From Octopus sinensis (Eukaryota): 64,000 nucleotides of DNA. Shown here piece after piece: positions 1 to 11,813 of the stretch. Each line of letters opens with the position of its first letter. Within the stretch, counting starts at the first letter, position 1. The stretch covers positions 109,430,001 to 109,494,000 of the forward strand of contig NC_043002.1 of the NCBI RefSeq assembly GCF_006345805.1. Direction: 5' to 3'. Position numbers and translations under genes: made by a program. Below the pieces are notes generated by a model. It saw only the letters and a list, made by a program, of their open reading frames with translations. It searched no databases and was not told the DNA's origin.

Positions 1-32
1 CCTTTTTAAATATTTCCTGCATATTTTTACAG

Positions 33-388
33 AAATTCTGGTGAAGAAGATTTCTGAATGTTTTCTGTCTTGTCATTATGAAGAGTTAATGACTGCAACA
101 GACTGTGGTGTTTCTAACGAGACTTTTGGAGAAATTTCTCCTGAACACAATACAAGTCTGGAAGAGACCTTCAAACATCTGTTGAGTTTGCAAGATGACA
201 CCTCATCTCTTGGGCATCAAGGCCTCCCAAAAGATGAATCTTCTTCCCAGTTAAAAATGGAAGAATGTATAACACAATTGGCTCAGCTTAAACTTGAACT
301 TGTGGCTTATGGTGTTGGACATTTTGCCGAGTGTAAAATCGCACAGTACCAGTTGGCATTGATGATGGCTATATGTGACCAGTTTAAG
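33..388 (+). CDS. SRRD: SRRD exon (ILVKK...ICDQFK)
   Basis: Acceptor ttttacag at 31-32, donor AAG|gtaggc; the part of ORF 41..529 before the donor. Confidence 0.85.
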
Positions 389-3300
389 GTAGGCAATTTT
401 CCACCTGTGTTCACCATTCATTTTATTCTTCTCCCCGTTGTCTCCCATGCTCTTTTGCACTCTTGCAAATTTACCTCCCCACTCAATGCTCTGTTCCATT
501 TCATTTATATTCACATCCCTGTAACTTGAGGGTACACCATGACACATCTTTACTATCATCTCCTCTCCCTTTTCCAACTGGGTTCATGTGTTAACAACAA
601 ACAAGATGAGGACAAAATATCCGTCAAATGTAAATAATGTACATAATTCCTCATCTCTTAAATATAGAACTGCAACAATCAAGAACATCCTCAGAATACT
701 TGCTCTCCCCAAACCAATGATGTTTTTGTAAAAAGTATGATGCTGCATGACAGCAAAAAGCCTCCTCATTGGTTCATACCCTCCAGCCTTCATCAGGTGT
801 CTTGGGGAAATTTCAAACCTGGGTTCTCATTCCTAAAGTATTTTTCGATGTTGTCGTTGCCGCCAACCTCCTCCTCCTTCCCCCTCTTCCTCCAGGTTAC
901 AGCCTGGAATCGAACTCGAAATCTTGGGGTTAGTAGCCCGCGCTCTTAATCACTATGCCATATGCTCGTGGGCATATGGCATAGTGGTTAATAATAATAA
1001 TAACAACAACAACATCGAAAAATACCTTAAGAATGAGAACTAGGTTCGAAATTTCCCCAAGACACCTGATGAAGACTGGAGGGTATATCAACCAAAACGT
1101 TGTGTTAACAACAAACAAGATGAGGACAAATATCCGTCAAATGTGAATAATGTAAATAATATTCTTGATTGTTATTCTAAATAGTTGGGTTATGTTGTTG
1201 TTTACCCCTAGGTCAGCTCTCTTCTTGCAGTTCTATGATCAAAGGTTTTCCAACCATGACTATCTTGTCTTTTAGTGTATCTAGGATTATACTGTCCAAT
1301 GGGTCCTTCATATTTTAGACTGTATTGTGTAATTTTAGGGAGACTTGACTACTATTTTAAGCAGTGATGTCACAGATGCTCTGTCATTGATGTTGTTAGC
1401 CTACATGTTGTTGTTGTTGATATTGGAGCTAGAAATGATAAATCTGTTTTGAAATCTTTGCAGCTGTCATTGTATCAATGTTATACATATGATCCAGTTT
1501 GGTCAGACATTGAGAAGTCTGTGATACACAGCATTGGTGTCTCTCTGGTCTCCAAAAATGAAGTAAGTTTCTATTTATTTAATATTATTAATGTTTAAAA
1601 GGTCATCATCGTCATCATTTAATATCTGTTTTTTATGTTGGCATGGGTCGGGCAGTTTGACAGCAGCTGGCAAGCCAGAGGGTTGCACCACGCTCGAATT
1701 GTCTGTTTTTGACTTGGATGTTTTTACATCCGGATGCCCCTTTCGAATTCCAACCATCTTACTAAGTGTTCAGGGTGCATTTCATGTGGAACCGGCACAG
1801 GTGTTTTTAAACATGACACTGGTGCATATGCTACATGGCACTGGCAGGGTGCTCTTCATGTGGGACTGGTATGGGTTCTTTCCAAATGGTGCCAGCATGA
1901 GTGCTTTCCATGTGATGCTGGCATGGGTGCTCTTCATGTGGAATTGGTATAGGTGCTTATCACATGTCACTAGCATGGGCGCTTTCTATGTGACGCCGGC
2001 ACCGGTGCTTTTTATGTGGCACCGTAAATTAGAAATCATTATTAAAGTGCATTAGTTGTAGGTTCCCGATAAGCCAATCATTGGTTTTATTGCATTTCTG
2101 ATGACAGGATTAACTTGGGAGTGTCTGTGCAACTAGGGCTGAGTAAATACCACAAAGTATTTTTGTTCAAATGCATAGGTTTATATGTTTTCTTGCTGAT
2201 CTTTACATTTTTTGAATGGCTGTATTGACAAAGGCCATTTCCCAACCACATGGTTTTGGGTTCTGTCCCACTGTATGGCACCTTGGGCCAGTGTCTTCTA
2301 CTGCAGTTTCAAGTTGATTAATGTCTTGTGAGTGAATTTGTTGGAGGAAAACTGTGGAAGCCCATCATGTATATACATACACACATATATAAAAATATAT
2401 GTATGAACATCATCATCATCATCACATGTATATATGTGTGCATGTGCATTTTTGTGTCTGTTTCTCACCATTTGACAATAGTTGGTGGTTTGCTTGTGGC
2501 CCTGTTACTTAAGGTTTGGCAAAAAAAAACAAGAAAAAAACTGGTAGACTATGTACCAGACTTAAAATAGATATTGAAATTAATTTGTTCAATTAAAATC
2601 CTTCAGCTGAAACAAGTAAAAACAGATAAGCAAAGTGGTTGTTGTCAGGAAAGCTGTCTGTTGATGAAGCTCTGCCTTGACAACTTCTGTGCAGCCTGTG
2701 TTGGTGTGTAAAAGCAACATGAAAATACACAATGCTGGTGATGATGATGATGATGACAATATGATGCCATGTTGAACTAATTACTATTGTTATATTTTAT
2801 AACATTATATAACAAGGCGCAGGAGTGGCTGTGTGGTAAGTAGCTTGCTAACCAACCACACGGTTCTGGGTTCAGTCCCACTGCGTGGCATCTTGGGCAA
2901 GTGTCTTCTGCTATAGCCTCGGGCCGACCAATGCCTTGTGAGTGGATTTGGTGGACGGAAACTGAAAGAAGCTGTCGTATATATGTATATATATGTATGT
3001 TTGTGTGTCTGTGTTTGTCCCCCTAGCATTGCTTGACAACCGATGCTGGTGTGTTTACGTCCCCGTCACTTAGCGGTTCGGCAAAAGAGACCGATAGAAT
3101 AAGTACTGGGCTTACAAAGAATAAGTCCCGGGGTCGAGTTGCTCGACTAAAGGCGGTGCTCCAGCATGGCCGCAGTCAAATGACTGAAACAAGTAAAAGA
3201 GTAAAAAGAGAGTAAGATGGTAAGCTGGCAGAATCGTTAGTGCGCCAAATGATATGCTTAGTGGTATTTCGTCCGTCACTTCGTTCTGAGTTCAAATTCT

Positions 3301-6300
3301 GCCGAGGTCGACTTTGCCTTTCATCCTTTCAGGGTCGATAAACCAAGTACCAGTGAAATACTGGGGTTGATGTAATCAACTAGTTCCCTCTCCACAAATA
3401 TGAGGCCTTGTGCCTCCAGTAGAAAGGATATATAACATTGAAATAATATTACTGTTGTTGATAGTGTTGCCTTCTATAGGCAGAAGGTCTCAGGTTTACA
3501 AAGGAAAGGAAATATAATCTTAATTTCTTTCTTGTGGACATTGTCATTATAAGAGAAACGAGATGGGTTTAATTAGGAAATAAAAGCAAAGCATAGAATC
3601 AACATGCTGAAAACATATCCCTTATTTTACTGTACTTGATTAAGGACAACATTGGGTGCTGTGAGGAGACATGTTTAAGCATGTTTGGCAAGCCCCTAGC
3701 AATGGTGATATAGTCGAAACAATGTCAGAAGTCTATTAATTGATACTTTTTGTTCATTTTGTTTGTTAGGAAGGGAAGAGAAGCTGTCTGTCCAACAAGC
3801 TAACTCTGTTTTTGATGCCCCACTGTGGTACTGCATTGTACAACAATTTACTCTGGGCCAACTGGAACCCTTCACAGCTAAGAAATCTAATCATTATTGG
3901 TAACAGTTTCCAAAATCTTGTTGACAGGTGAGTCACTTGAGAGTTTGTTTTTGTCTGTATCCTTTAACATTCTCATCATTGTCATGATGATGATGATGAA
4001 AGTTTACCTCTGAGGCACAAGTCTGGGCAAGGTTGTTTATGGAAGGCCAGTAGTCACCCATGCATACCAGCCTCCCCACTCCATGCAACCAATGTTATCC
4101 AAGGGAAAGGCAAAGGGGCCAATACAGCTTGGCACCAGTGATGTCGCAACTCATTTCTTCAGCTGAATGAATTGGAGCAACGTGAAATAAAGTGTCTTGC
4201 TCAAGAACACAACACACAGCCCAGTCCAGGAATCAAACTCACTACCTCTTGATTATGAGCCTGATGCTCTAACCACTGATCCACATGCTTTCATTGCACT
4301 TTAATTCAGTGATGCTGAATTCTTGTCCTCCTTCAGAACTGTCAATATCCATTGTTTTGTTCTTCACACACAGTCAGTCAGTCATCCAGTGTCTACCTCG
4401 CTTTCATGCTCCATTTACCTCAAATGCAATCACCTTCCTCAGAACATGCTCTTCACCCCTCCTTGCAATATAGAACTGTAAAGATCTTTATCAGTTATTG
4501 ACATATTGAGGCAACACCCTCAACTGGTTCGGCCAGTTACATTGCATCCCCCACCTCACACTCTGTTCAGTAATCATTTTATTAATACCTCTTCATTCAA
4601 TGACTCCACCCAAGATACATTCAGTAAAAGTTTTCTCCCTTCTACAAATTTAATGCAGTGTACTGACACCCATATACACATAATCTCTCTCTCTCTCTCT
4701 TACACATACACACATGCAGGCATATACAAAGGCATACGAGGCAGCAACTATAACAAAAAAGAGGTTTTGATAAGAAGCTTGTTGTAAGCCACAGACCACA
4801 CCTGTGATTAGCATGAAGTCTCAGGTAGAGTTATGGTGAATTGGTGGTGGAATGGAAGAAAGTGAGAAGTAAGGAACAGTGTTAACCCATTAAGTCCCAC
4901 TGTCCTGTAAATAGGACACTAAATGAGAACATTAAATAAGCTATATCACATTGTCTCAGTGTCCTATTTATAGGACACTGAGTATTTCCATTTCTACTTG
5001 AAGTAAAGGAGTTTTAATAATTATTTTTTTCATTTAACCTATTTTTAATCATCTGTAAAAATTTAAAAGTATTATTCAGAAATTTAAGTACTCTGGGACT
5101 TAATGGGTTAAGCATCTAGAAGAGAAGGTAAACATCAGTGGATATATCTACAAAAGAGAGAAGTTGAAAGTAAAAGGTTTACCAATATTTTACATTGTGA
5201 GAATTAGAAGCAAAGAAATGTTCTGAATTGTGAATCAGTGTGGAGGTGGTGGCGATGGTGTTGATGATGATGATGTCTTGGCAGTGGCAGTGGTTGCAAT
5301 GTCGTTGTTGTTGTGAGTGTGAGTTAGGATGTTCTCAATGAAAAGTTTGTAAATAACGATAGTGGTGCATTTGCTGAGAACGAGAGATGGAAATGCCACT
5401 GCGAGCTGTTGTTGAATTAGAAAATATTTCTTTATCATAAATAATGATAATTATTTTCTTAATAATCTGATTTTTTTCACTTTTTCCAGGCACTCTGATA
5501 AAGATCTACAAGAAAAAGCTGCATATATTTATAAAGTATCCTTTGGATTTTGTTTATGTTTGGTGTGTGTTTATATCATCATCATTTAGCATCCGCTTTC
5601 CATGCTTGCATGGGTTGGACGGTTCAACTGGGGTCTATGAAGCCAGAAGGCTGCATCAGGCCCAGTCTGATCTGGCAGTGTTTCTATGGCTGGATGCCCT
5701 TCCTAATGCCAACCACTCCGTGAGTGTAGTGGGTGCTTTTTACGTGCCACCCGCATAGGTGCCAGACGGAGCTGGCAAACAGCCACGAACGGATGGTGCT
5801 TTTTACATGCCACCGGCACGGGTGCCAGGTGAGGCTGGCAACGGCCACGATTGGATGGTGCTTTTTACGTGCCACCGGCACGGGGGCCAAGCGAGGTTGG
5901 CAACGGCCACGATTAGATGGTGCTTTTTACGTGCCACCGGCATGGGGGCCAGGCGAGGCTGACAATGGCCACGATCGGATGGTGGTATCACAGCTGCAAT
6001 TTCCATTGATGTTGATCGAGGGAGAGTTTACGAAAAAAAACAACAAAAGACGAAGACAGGTGGTGTACAAAATATTATTATAGTATTAGTATAATGTTCA
6101 GGAATAGAAAAAGTCTTTTACGTTTCGAGCCTACGCTCTTCTACAGAAAGGGACATAGAAAAAGACAAGGAGAGAAAAAAATGTGTGTAGTGGCTAACGA
6201 TCTATCATGGCAATCTATATATATATAGGTGCAGGAGTGGCTGTGTGGTAAGAAGCTTTCTTCCTAACCACATTGCTCAAGGTTCAGTCCCGCTATGTGG

Positions 6301-6605
6301 CACCTTGGGCGAGTGTCTTCTGCTATAGCCTCAGGCTGACCAAAGCCTTGTGAGTGGATTTGGTAGACAGAAACTGAAAGAAGCCTGTCATATATATATG
6401 TATGTATTTGTGAGTCTGTCCCCCCACCATCACTTGACAACCGAGGGTGGTGTATTTATGTCACTGTCACTTAGTAGTTAGACAAAAGAGACCAATTGAA
6501 TAAGTACTAGGCTTACAAAGAATAAGTCCTGGGGCTGATTTGTTCAATAAAAGGTGGTTTTCCATCATGGCTGCTGTCAAATGACTGAAACAAGTAAAAT
6601 ATAAA

Positions 6606-6636
<31 letters not shown>

Positions 6637-7250
6637 ACACCTAAAGCTCCACGAGGCTCCGGCAGGGGATGATGGCGGCCCCTGCTGTACTATATCGCCA
6701 CAACTTTCTCTCACTCTTTCTTCTGTTGGCCTGCTCGCTTAGCCAGCGAGGTGGCATCATTTGAAGGCTAAAACAATGCAAAGCGCATTGTGACCAGCGA
6801 TGCGTAGCAACATCTGATAGCCTGGTCGGTTACGGTGATCACGGTGATATATATATATATATATAAGAATTTTTTGCGTAATGAGATAAAAAACCAAGGC
6901 TGTGTAGATATTAGAACATTTATAGATAGAGGGTCTTACAGCTGTTTCCAGGATATTTATTAATTATATCCCTTCATCGGAGACGGTGTGAGAGGATGGT
7001 TAAGTAATAATTAATTTAGATGGTTTAAAAATAGAGAGTGAGGTGGAGAAAAGAAAATAGATGTAAGATATGTAGGGATATTGAAGTTGTAGATCCATTT
7101 TTTAGGTAGAATGGTATATATGTCGGATTCCAATACCTGATGAGTAAAGTCCAACAGAGTTTAAAATGGGTCCTTCCAAATATAGAGTTTATACACAATA
7201 TAAGTTTCCAATAGCTTATGAGTGAGATCCAGCAGTTTTTAAACTAGGTC

Positions 7251-7293
<43 letters not shown>

Positions 7294-8597
7294 TAAGACA
7301 TCATGAAGAAGAATGGAGAATAGTACATCTTCAAAATTTGTGCATTATAGTATTATTCTCATCAACTTCCAATCCAGCATGTGTTTCTGCTGGATAAGTG
7401 TCCTAGTGTCCTTTGTTGTAGTGTTTATGTGCATTTAGTTGATTTAGTATCTATTCATCCAAAGGTAGACAGTCCCATGCAGCTTTGTTTAAAGTTTTAC
7501 CCATGTGGGCAGGTGAAGTGAACTGAAGATTTAAGTATGTGATAGGCCTTCTTAAAATATATTCCAGGTGAGGGATATAAGACCTTAGGGTATAGAACAA
7601 TAGAATTAGCATTGAAATATGATATGGCTATAGTTCTTACATCACTTAAACTTAGACTGACCTTCTTAGATATTAAGGGAAAGGATTATTTTATATAGTT
7701 AAGAGTAGAAAGAACCTTAACTAGACCAGGATGCATTCACACCACTGACCACTCATAATGAAAATACTGTAAAACAGTATAAGATGAATGGTCAGGTTTA
7801 AAAAGAATCAAAAGAGGAAACAAATATCATTTCATTTTGGTATTCAGACCAGTCTATAGCAATAAAATTTTATACTTTTTTAAATATTAGAAGAGTCTAG
7901 TATTAATTGAGATGAATGAAGTAAATTGAAATTCTAACCATATTTTGTCTTACTTCTCAAAGAAAAAAAATATTGTTTAGTACAAACTTGTTAAAATCCA
8001 ACTTAATAAGTAAATTTGCGATTATTTGACTAGGTTAACTTATGTGCCCTTTTATATATGCGATTTCTCAATCCCTATTTGTTTAAACACTTAAATACTT
8101 AAACATTGGTCCATGCCTCCATGGAAAATGGACGTTAAATGATGATGATTTTCTAAATGAATGTTTGTGAGAGTGTAGTGGGTGTTTTTATGTGTCACTG
8201 GCATGGGAGCCAGTCAGGCGGCTCTGGTATCGGCCATGTTCGGATGGTGCTTTTTACATGTCACCGGCACAGGGAGCCAGTCAGGCAATACTGGCAATGA
8301 CCCACGCATGAATGGTGCTTATTGTGTGCCACCAGCATGGGAGCCAGTCCGGTGGCACTGGCATCAGCCACAACTACACAGTTTAACAAATTATTAAACC
8401 TTAACTTACTGAAGATATATCCAGCCACTGAAGAGATTGCTCTGTCTAATACCTTTGTTTATTCTGACATCTTCAACGATACATCCATACATTGTTTCCC
8501 AATGAAAAACTTGAAGAAACTTCCAGAAGATTTGTGGCTAGACAGATCAGAACCAAATTATAATTTATCAGATATTGAAATTATTGTAAATAAATGA
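33..8597 (+). CDS. SRRD: SRR1-domain protein, 3' five coding exons (5' end upstream of window)
   Basis: Exons 33-388, 1464-1562, 3770-3927, 5490-5535, 8415-8597 join in frame through GT-AG sites. Translation has recognisable SRR1 motifs: LVAYGVGHF...AQYQLAL, YDPVWS, EGKRS...FLMPHCGTALYNNLLWANW, IIGNSF, YSDIFNDTSIHCFP. Confidence 0.92.
584..1160. mobile_element. Palindromic (head-to-head) copy of the tRNA-module/hammerhead-tail family in an SRRD intron
   Basis: Tail reversed at 775-860, tRNA-like head reversed at 895-965, centre hairpin ...GCATATGC/GCATATGG near 968, forward tail 1010-1160, extra tail fragment 584-680. Confidence 0.7.
1464..1562 (+). CDS. SRRD: SRRD exon (LSLYQCYTYDPVWSDIEKSVIHSIGVSLVSKNE)
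   Basis: tttgcag| ... GAA|gtaagt; 99 nt, phase 0-0. Confidence 0.9.
2816..3213 (+). mobile_element. tRNA-derived SINE family A
   Basis: Head TGGCTGTGTGG..GGTTCAGTCCC, internal (TG)n, tail ACAAGTAAAAGAGT; partial copy also at 2228-2370. Confidence 0.85.
3219..3432 (+). mobile_element. tRNA-derived SINE family C
   Basis: GAGCTGGCAGAATCGTTAG..GAGTTCAAATTC..GACTTTGCCTTTCATCC; further copies near 23250, 32722, 41440, 47288, 48150, 57600, 57835, 60215 and 60490. Confidence 0.8.
3770..3927 (+). CDS. SRRD: SRRD exon (EGKRSCLSNKLTLFLMPHCGTALYNNLLWANW...GNSFQNLVD)
   Basis: tttgttag| ... AG|gtgagt; 158 nt; SRR1 core motif. Confidence 0.93.
5490..5535 (+). CDS. SRRD: SRRD exon (R-HSDKDLQEKAAYIYK)
   Basis: ttttccag| acceptor, 46 nt restores the frame; donor is GTATCCCTTT. 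Confidence 0.85.
5575..6010. mobile_element. Interspersed repeat D with an internal ~58-bp tandem array (4 copies)
   Basis: GGATGGTGCTTTTTACGTGCCACCGGCACGGG.. repeated; related copies at 1600-2030 and 8170-8372. Confidence 0.75.
6115..6150 (-). ncRNA. Minimal hammerhead-like motif with A6U core variant
   Basis: CTTT-CTGTAGA-A-GAGC-GTAG-GCTC-GAAACGTA-AAAG. Confidence 0.45.
6228..6607 (+). mobile_element. SINE family A
   Basis: Aligns to 2816-3213. Confidence 0.8.
6933..6984 (-). ncRNA. Degenerate hammerhead motif in a Penelope-like tail
   Basis: GTCT-CCGATGA-AGGGATAT..ATATCCTG-GAAACAGCTGTA-AGAC. Confidence 0.45.
8415..8597 (+). CDS. SRRD: SRRD last coding exon (IYPATEE...DIFNDTSIHCFP...EIIVNK*)
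   Basis: Part of ORF 8322..8597 after the gaag| acceptor; matches the SRRD C-terminal motif. Confidence 0.88.
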   Translation: MYPATEEIALSNTFVYSDIFNDTSIHCFPMKNLKKLPEDLWLDRSEPNYNLSDIEIIVNK

Positions 8598-8604
8598 ATA
8601 TTTT

Positions 8605-8616
8605 ATTAAAATTAAA
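8605..8616 (+). promoter_or_regulatory. Candidate polyadenylation signals (tandem ATTAAA)
   Basis: ATTAAA ATTAAA just after the stop, followed by U-rich sequence; AATAAA also overlaps the last two codons. Confidence 0.4.
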
Positions 8617-8844
8617 GTCTTTTGCTGATTTTTCTTCTTATGTGAGACAACTTTGGGTATTATTTTCATGTCATTGTGGAAGTTTATCAAACATAATGAT
8701 TGCAGTTATGGCTTTATATTCCACCCTAGTCGTTCCATCTCAATCACAGATTTTTTAATTCATTTTTTAAAACTAAACAGTTTGAAACTGTAGAACGAAG
8801 ATGACAAAAGAATAAATAGTATGTCATTAGAAGAAATTGGAAAT

Positions 8845-9212
8845 GTGTGGTAAGTAGCTTGCTAACCAACCACATGGTTCCAGGTTCAGTCCCACTGCGT
8901 GGCATCTTGGGCAAGTGTCTTCTGCTATAGCCCCGGGCCGACCAATGCCTTGTGAGTGGATTTGGTAGACGGAAACTGAAAGAAGCCTGTCGTATATATG
9001 TGTATATATGTATATATGTGTGTGTTTGTCCCCCTAGCATTGCTTGACAACCGATGCTGGTGTGTTTGCGTCCCCGTCACTTAGCGGTTCGGCAAAAGAG
9101 ACCGATAGAATAAGTACTGGGCTTACAAAGAATAAGTCCCGGGGTCGATTTGATCGACTAAAGGCGGTGCTCCAGCATGGCCGCAGTCAAATGACTGAAA
9201 CAAGTAAAGAGA
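8845..9212 (+). mobile_element. SINE family A, 5'-truncated, with long flanking duplication
   Basis: Aligns to 2816-3213; flanks 8779-8844 and 9216-9301 are duplicated. Confidence 0.85.
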
Positions 9213-9299
9213 AAGAGTTTGAAACTGTAGAACGAAGGTGACAAAACCACAGAACAAAGAGAAAAGAATAAATAGTATGTCATTTAGAAGAAATTGGAA

Positions 9300-10730
9300 A
9301 TATAATGATGAGGAAATTCGTGAAGGTGAAGGTATCACCTTTATAAACGAAAAAACCTGGATATACGTCGGTAAGCCTAAAGTAATTAAATCTAAAAAGG
9401 TAGCACATAATGTTACGGGAAAAAGATTATATTTTCTTGGTAAATTTGTATGTAGTATAACATTTCGATATCAAACAAAAAAAGGCAAAGATTTATGTGT
9501 TAAAAAATTCACATAATCTATTCGGCGCAGAGTGGATGGAACTATATGGCATACACCCATAAGCGTTCTGTGTGGAAATATAGTTGGTTCAGTCAAAGGT
9601 TCAAATGAGGCCGAACGACTGAAACAAAAAAAAATTGCAGTAAAACAGCAGAACACCAGTAACTGATGGGTGGATGGAAGCACTCCGTCGGTTACGACGA
9701 CGAGGGTTCCGGTTGATCCGATCAACGGAACAGCCTGCTCGTGAAATTAACGTGTAAGTGGCTGAGCACTCCACAGACACGTGTACCCTTAACGTAGTTC
9801 TCGGAGATATTCAGCGTGACACAGAGAGTGACAAGGCCGGCCCCTTGAAATACAGGTACAACAGAAACAGGAAGTAAGAGTGAGAGAAAGTTGTGGTGAA
9901 AGAGTACAGCAGGGATCACCACCATCCCCTGCTGGAGCCTCGTGGAGCTTTTAGGTATTTTCGCTCAATAAACACTCACAACGCCCGGTCTGGGAATCGA
10001 AACCGCGATCCTATGACCGTGAGTCCGCTGCCCTAACCACTGGGCCATTGCGTCTCCACACCAGTAACTAAGCCAAAACGAAATTTAAAAAAAAAAAATT
10101 GTTCAAGATATATAGTAAAGATTGTTCAAAAGTAGATGTTCCATGATCGAGACTAGACATCGATTTCGCTGGTCTTTTAATTGGTTCTTATAACTTGGTC
10201 GTGGTTTATAGTTTTTCGAAAAGGCCCGAAATTCGCAAATGTAAAACACCGACCTCCTCAAGTGTGATAAATGTTTTTACATGAATTGTTTGCAAGATTT
10301 GATACCAAGACAAGATGGTGCCTGACAATGGAATGCAATTGAATTTAAAATTGCATTTAAATCTGTTCAAATTAAAGTATTTTGTGAAATGTTTACGGTA
10401 GAACATGTAACCATGAGGCCATACAATCCCGAGCACAACGCTTGTCAATTCCTTCAAAAGAGGCCTTAGAAAATCGAATAAGTAAGTCACAAATGAGGTA
10501 GCGCTACAGTAATTTTTAACCCCTTGACAACGGTTGATGCAAATATGCGATCACACTTTTGCTTGCCTACCCGCGGTTGACGTAAATATACGCTGTAGAG
10601 CTGCCCTACATCTATCACGGACTTTTTTAGCGGTTTACGTTCACTATCGTGTACTTTATCTCTTGAAGCGCGCGTGTTCGCCGTCCCATGCATTATCTTA
10701 GCTATTTTAGGTTACGTTCAAGTCATTGGA
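9300..10730 (+). mobile_element. Decayed Ty3/Gypsy LTR retrotransposon (protease and integrase remnants), interrupted by a SINE
   Basis: ITFINEKTWIYVGKP..VTGKRLYFLGKF resembles the aspartic protease region; FSKRPEIRKC..LHELFARF..DNG..FKRALRK..PAELM-like integrase core with stops and frameshifts. Confidence 0.65.
9665..10057 (-). mobile_element. Young tRNA-derived SINE family B, TSD CACCAGTAACT
   Basis: Head GGAGGCGCAATGGCCCAGTGGTTAGG..GGTTTCGATTCC, tail GGAGTGCTTCCA(TCCA)n. Confidence 0.9.
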
Positions 10731-11045
10731 ATTTTCCAGGAAGTCCCATCCTCGGAAGTTCCCAGGAACTACCATCCTCAGAACTTTCCAGGATGTCTCT
10801 ATTATCGGAACTTCCCAGGGAGTCATCGGAATTTTCCAGGAAGTCTCTCATCCTCGGAACTCTCCAGGAAAGCCGCGGAACTTCCCAGGAAACCACATCA
10901 TCGGAACTTCCAGGAAGTTTCTAATCATCGGAACTTTCCAAGAAATCATAGGAATTTTCCAGGAAGTCGCACCCTCGGAACTCTCCATGAAATTTTCCCG
11001 GAAGTCACACCCTCGGAATTTTCCGGGAAGTCCCTCATCCTTGAA
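10724..11045. repeat. Degenerate GGAA/TTCC minisatellite
   Basis: About 15 imperfect units of tcggaa(c/t)ttcc(c/a)ggaag. Confidence 0.85.
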
Positions 11046-11773
11046 ACTTTACTAACATTATGTAGTAAAGGTTTTTTTTATATAAATTACTTAATGAGTA
11101 TAAGATTTTATTTAGATGTTTATTAAATAAATAAATTAATTAATAAATTAATTTAATGTATATAGATTAAATTATAGTATTTAGTTTTCACTTAATGTAT
11201 ATTTTGTATTTTATATATATATATATATTTCTTTTAAATACTTTAATTAATTGTATCTTATTTTTTATTCTATTTTTTTTATTTAAACAAGAATATATTT
11301 GTTAAGATATTTCGTATTTTAGAAAATTGTTTACGTATAATTATTAATTTATCTAATTAACTATTTTATTGTTTTTATCTTTAACCTGAAGTGTGACTAT
11401 ATTTATATTGAAACAATTTTATTATTATTATTACTATTATCATTTCTTAAATATAGCCACGAAACACGTGTCGTTATTCTACCAAATATATACATTTTAT
11501 TTACTATTTTGCATATTACTTAATCATTGTTATATGTTTTATCTTATATTTAATCTTTCTATAATATGTAATGTTTCTAAATGGTATACCAATGGTATAA
11601 TTTAATTTTTCATTATTGAATTGATAAAAGGTGGTTTTTTTCTTCTAATTTATATATATATGTATATTATATTTTGTGAAATTTGATTCAGTATTTTTAA
11701 ATTGAAATTTTCCCTGTATGTTTGGAATAATATTACCTCATATTATACATACATACATACATACATACATACA

Positions 11774-11808
<35 letters not shown>

Positions 11809-11813
11809 TTATA

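Larger units (their letters stand above)
5536..8414 (+). other. Probable U12-type (minor spliceosome) GT-AG intron
   Basis: 5' site GTATCCCTTT (consensus RTATCCTTT); branch CCTTAAC at 8399-8405, 10-16 nt before the AG; no polypyrimidine tract. Confidence 0.78.

Noticed and set aside
389-529. Continuation of ORF 41..529 past the SRRD exon
   Set aside because: Similarity to SRR1 stops at a good donor (AAG|gtaggc); the rest is intron read-through.
895-975. Possible tRNA gene (and other tRNA-like heads)
   Set aside because: A and B boxes are present but the acceptor stem and terminator are missing, and each continues into repeat body; these are SINE or TE modules.
10674-11126. Overlapping 78-150-aa ORFs
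   Set aside because: All three frames are open only because of the GGAA/TTCC minisatellite.
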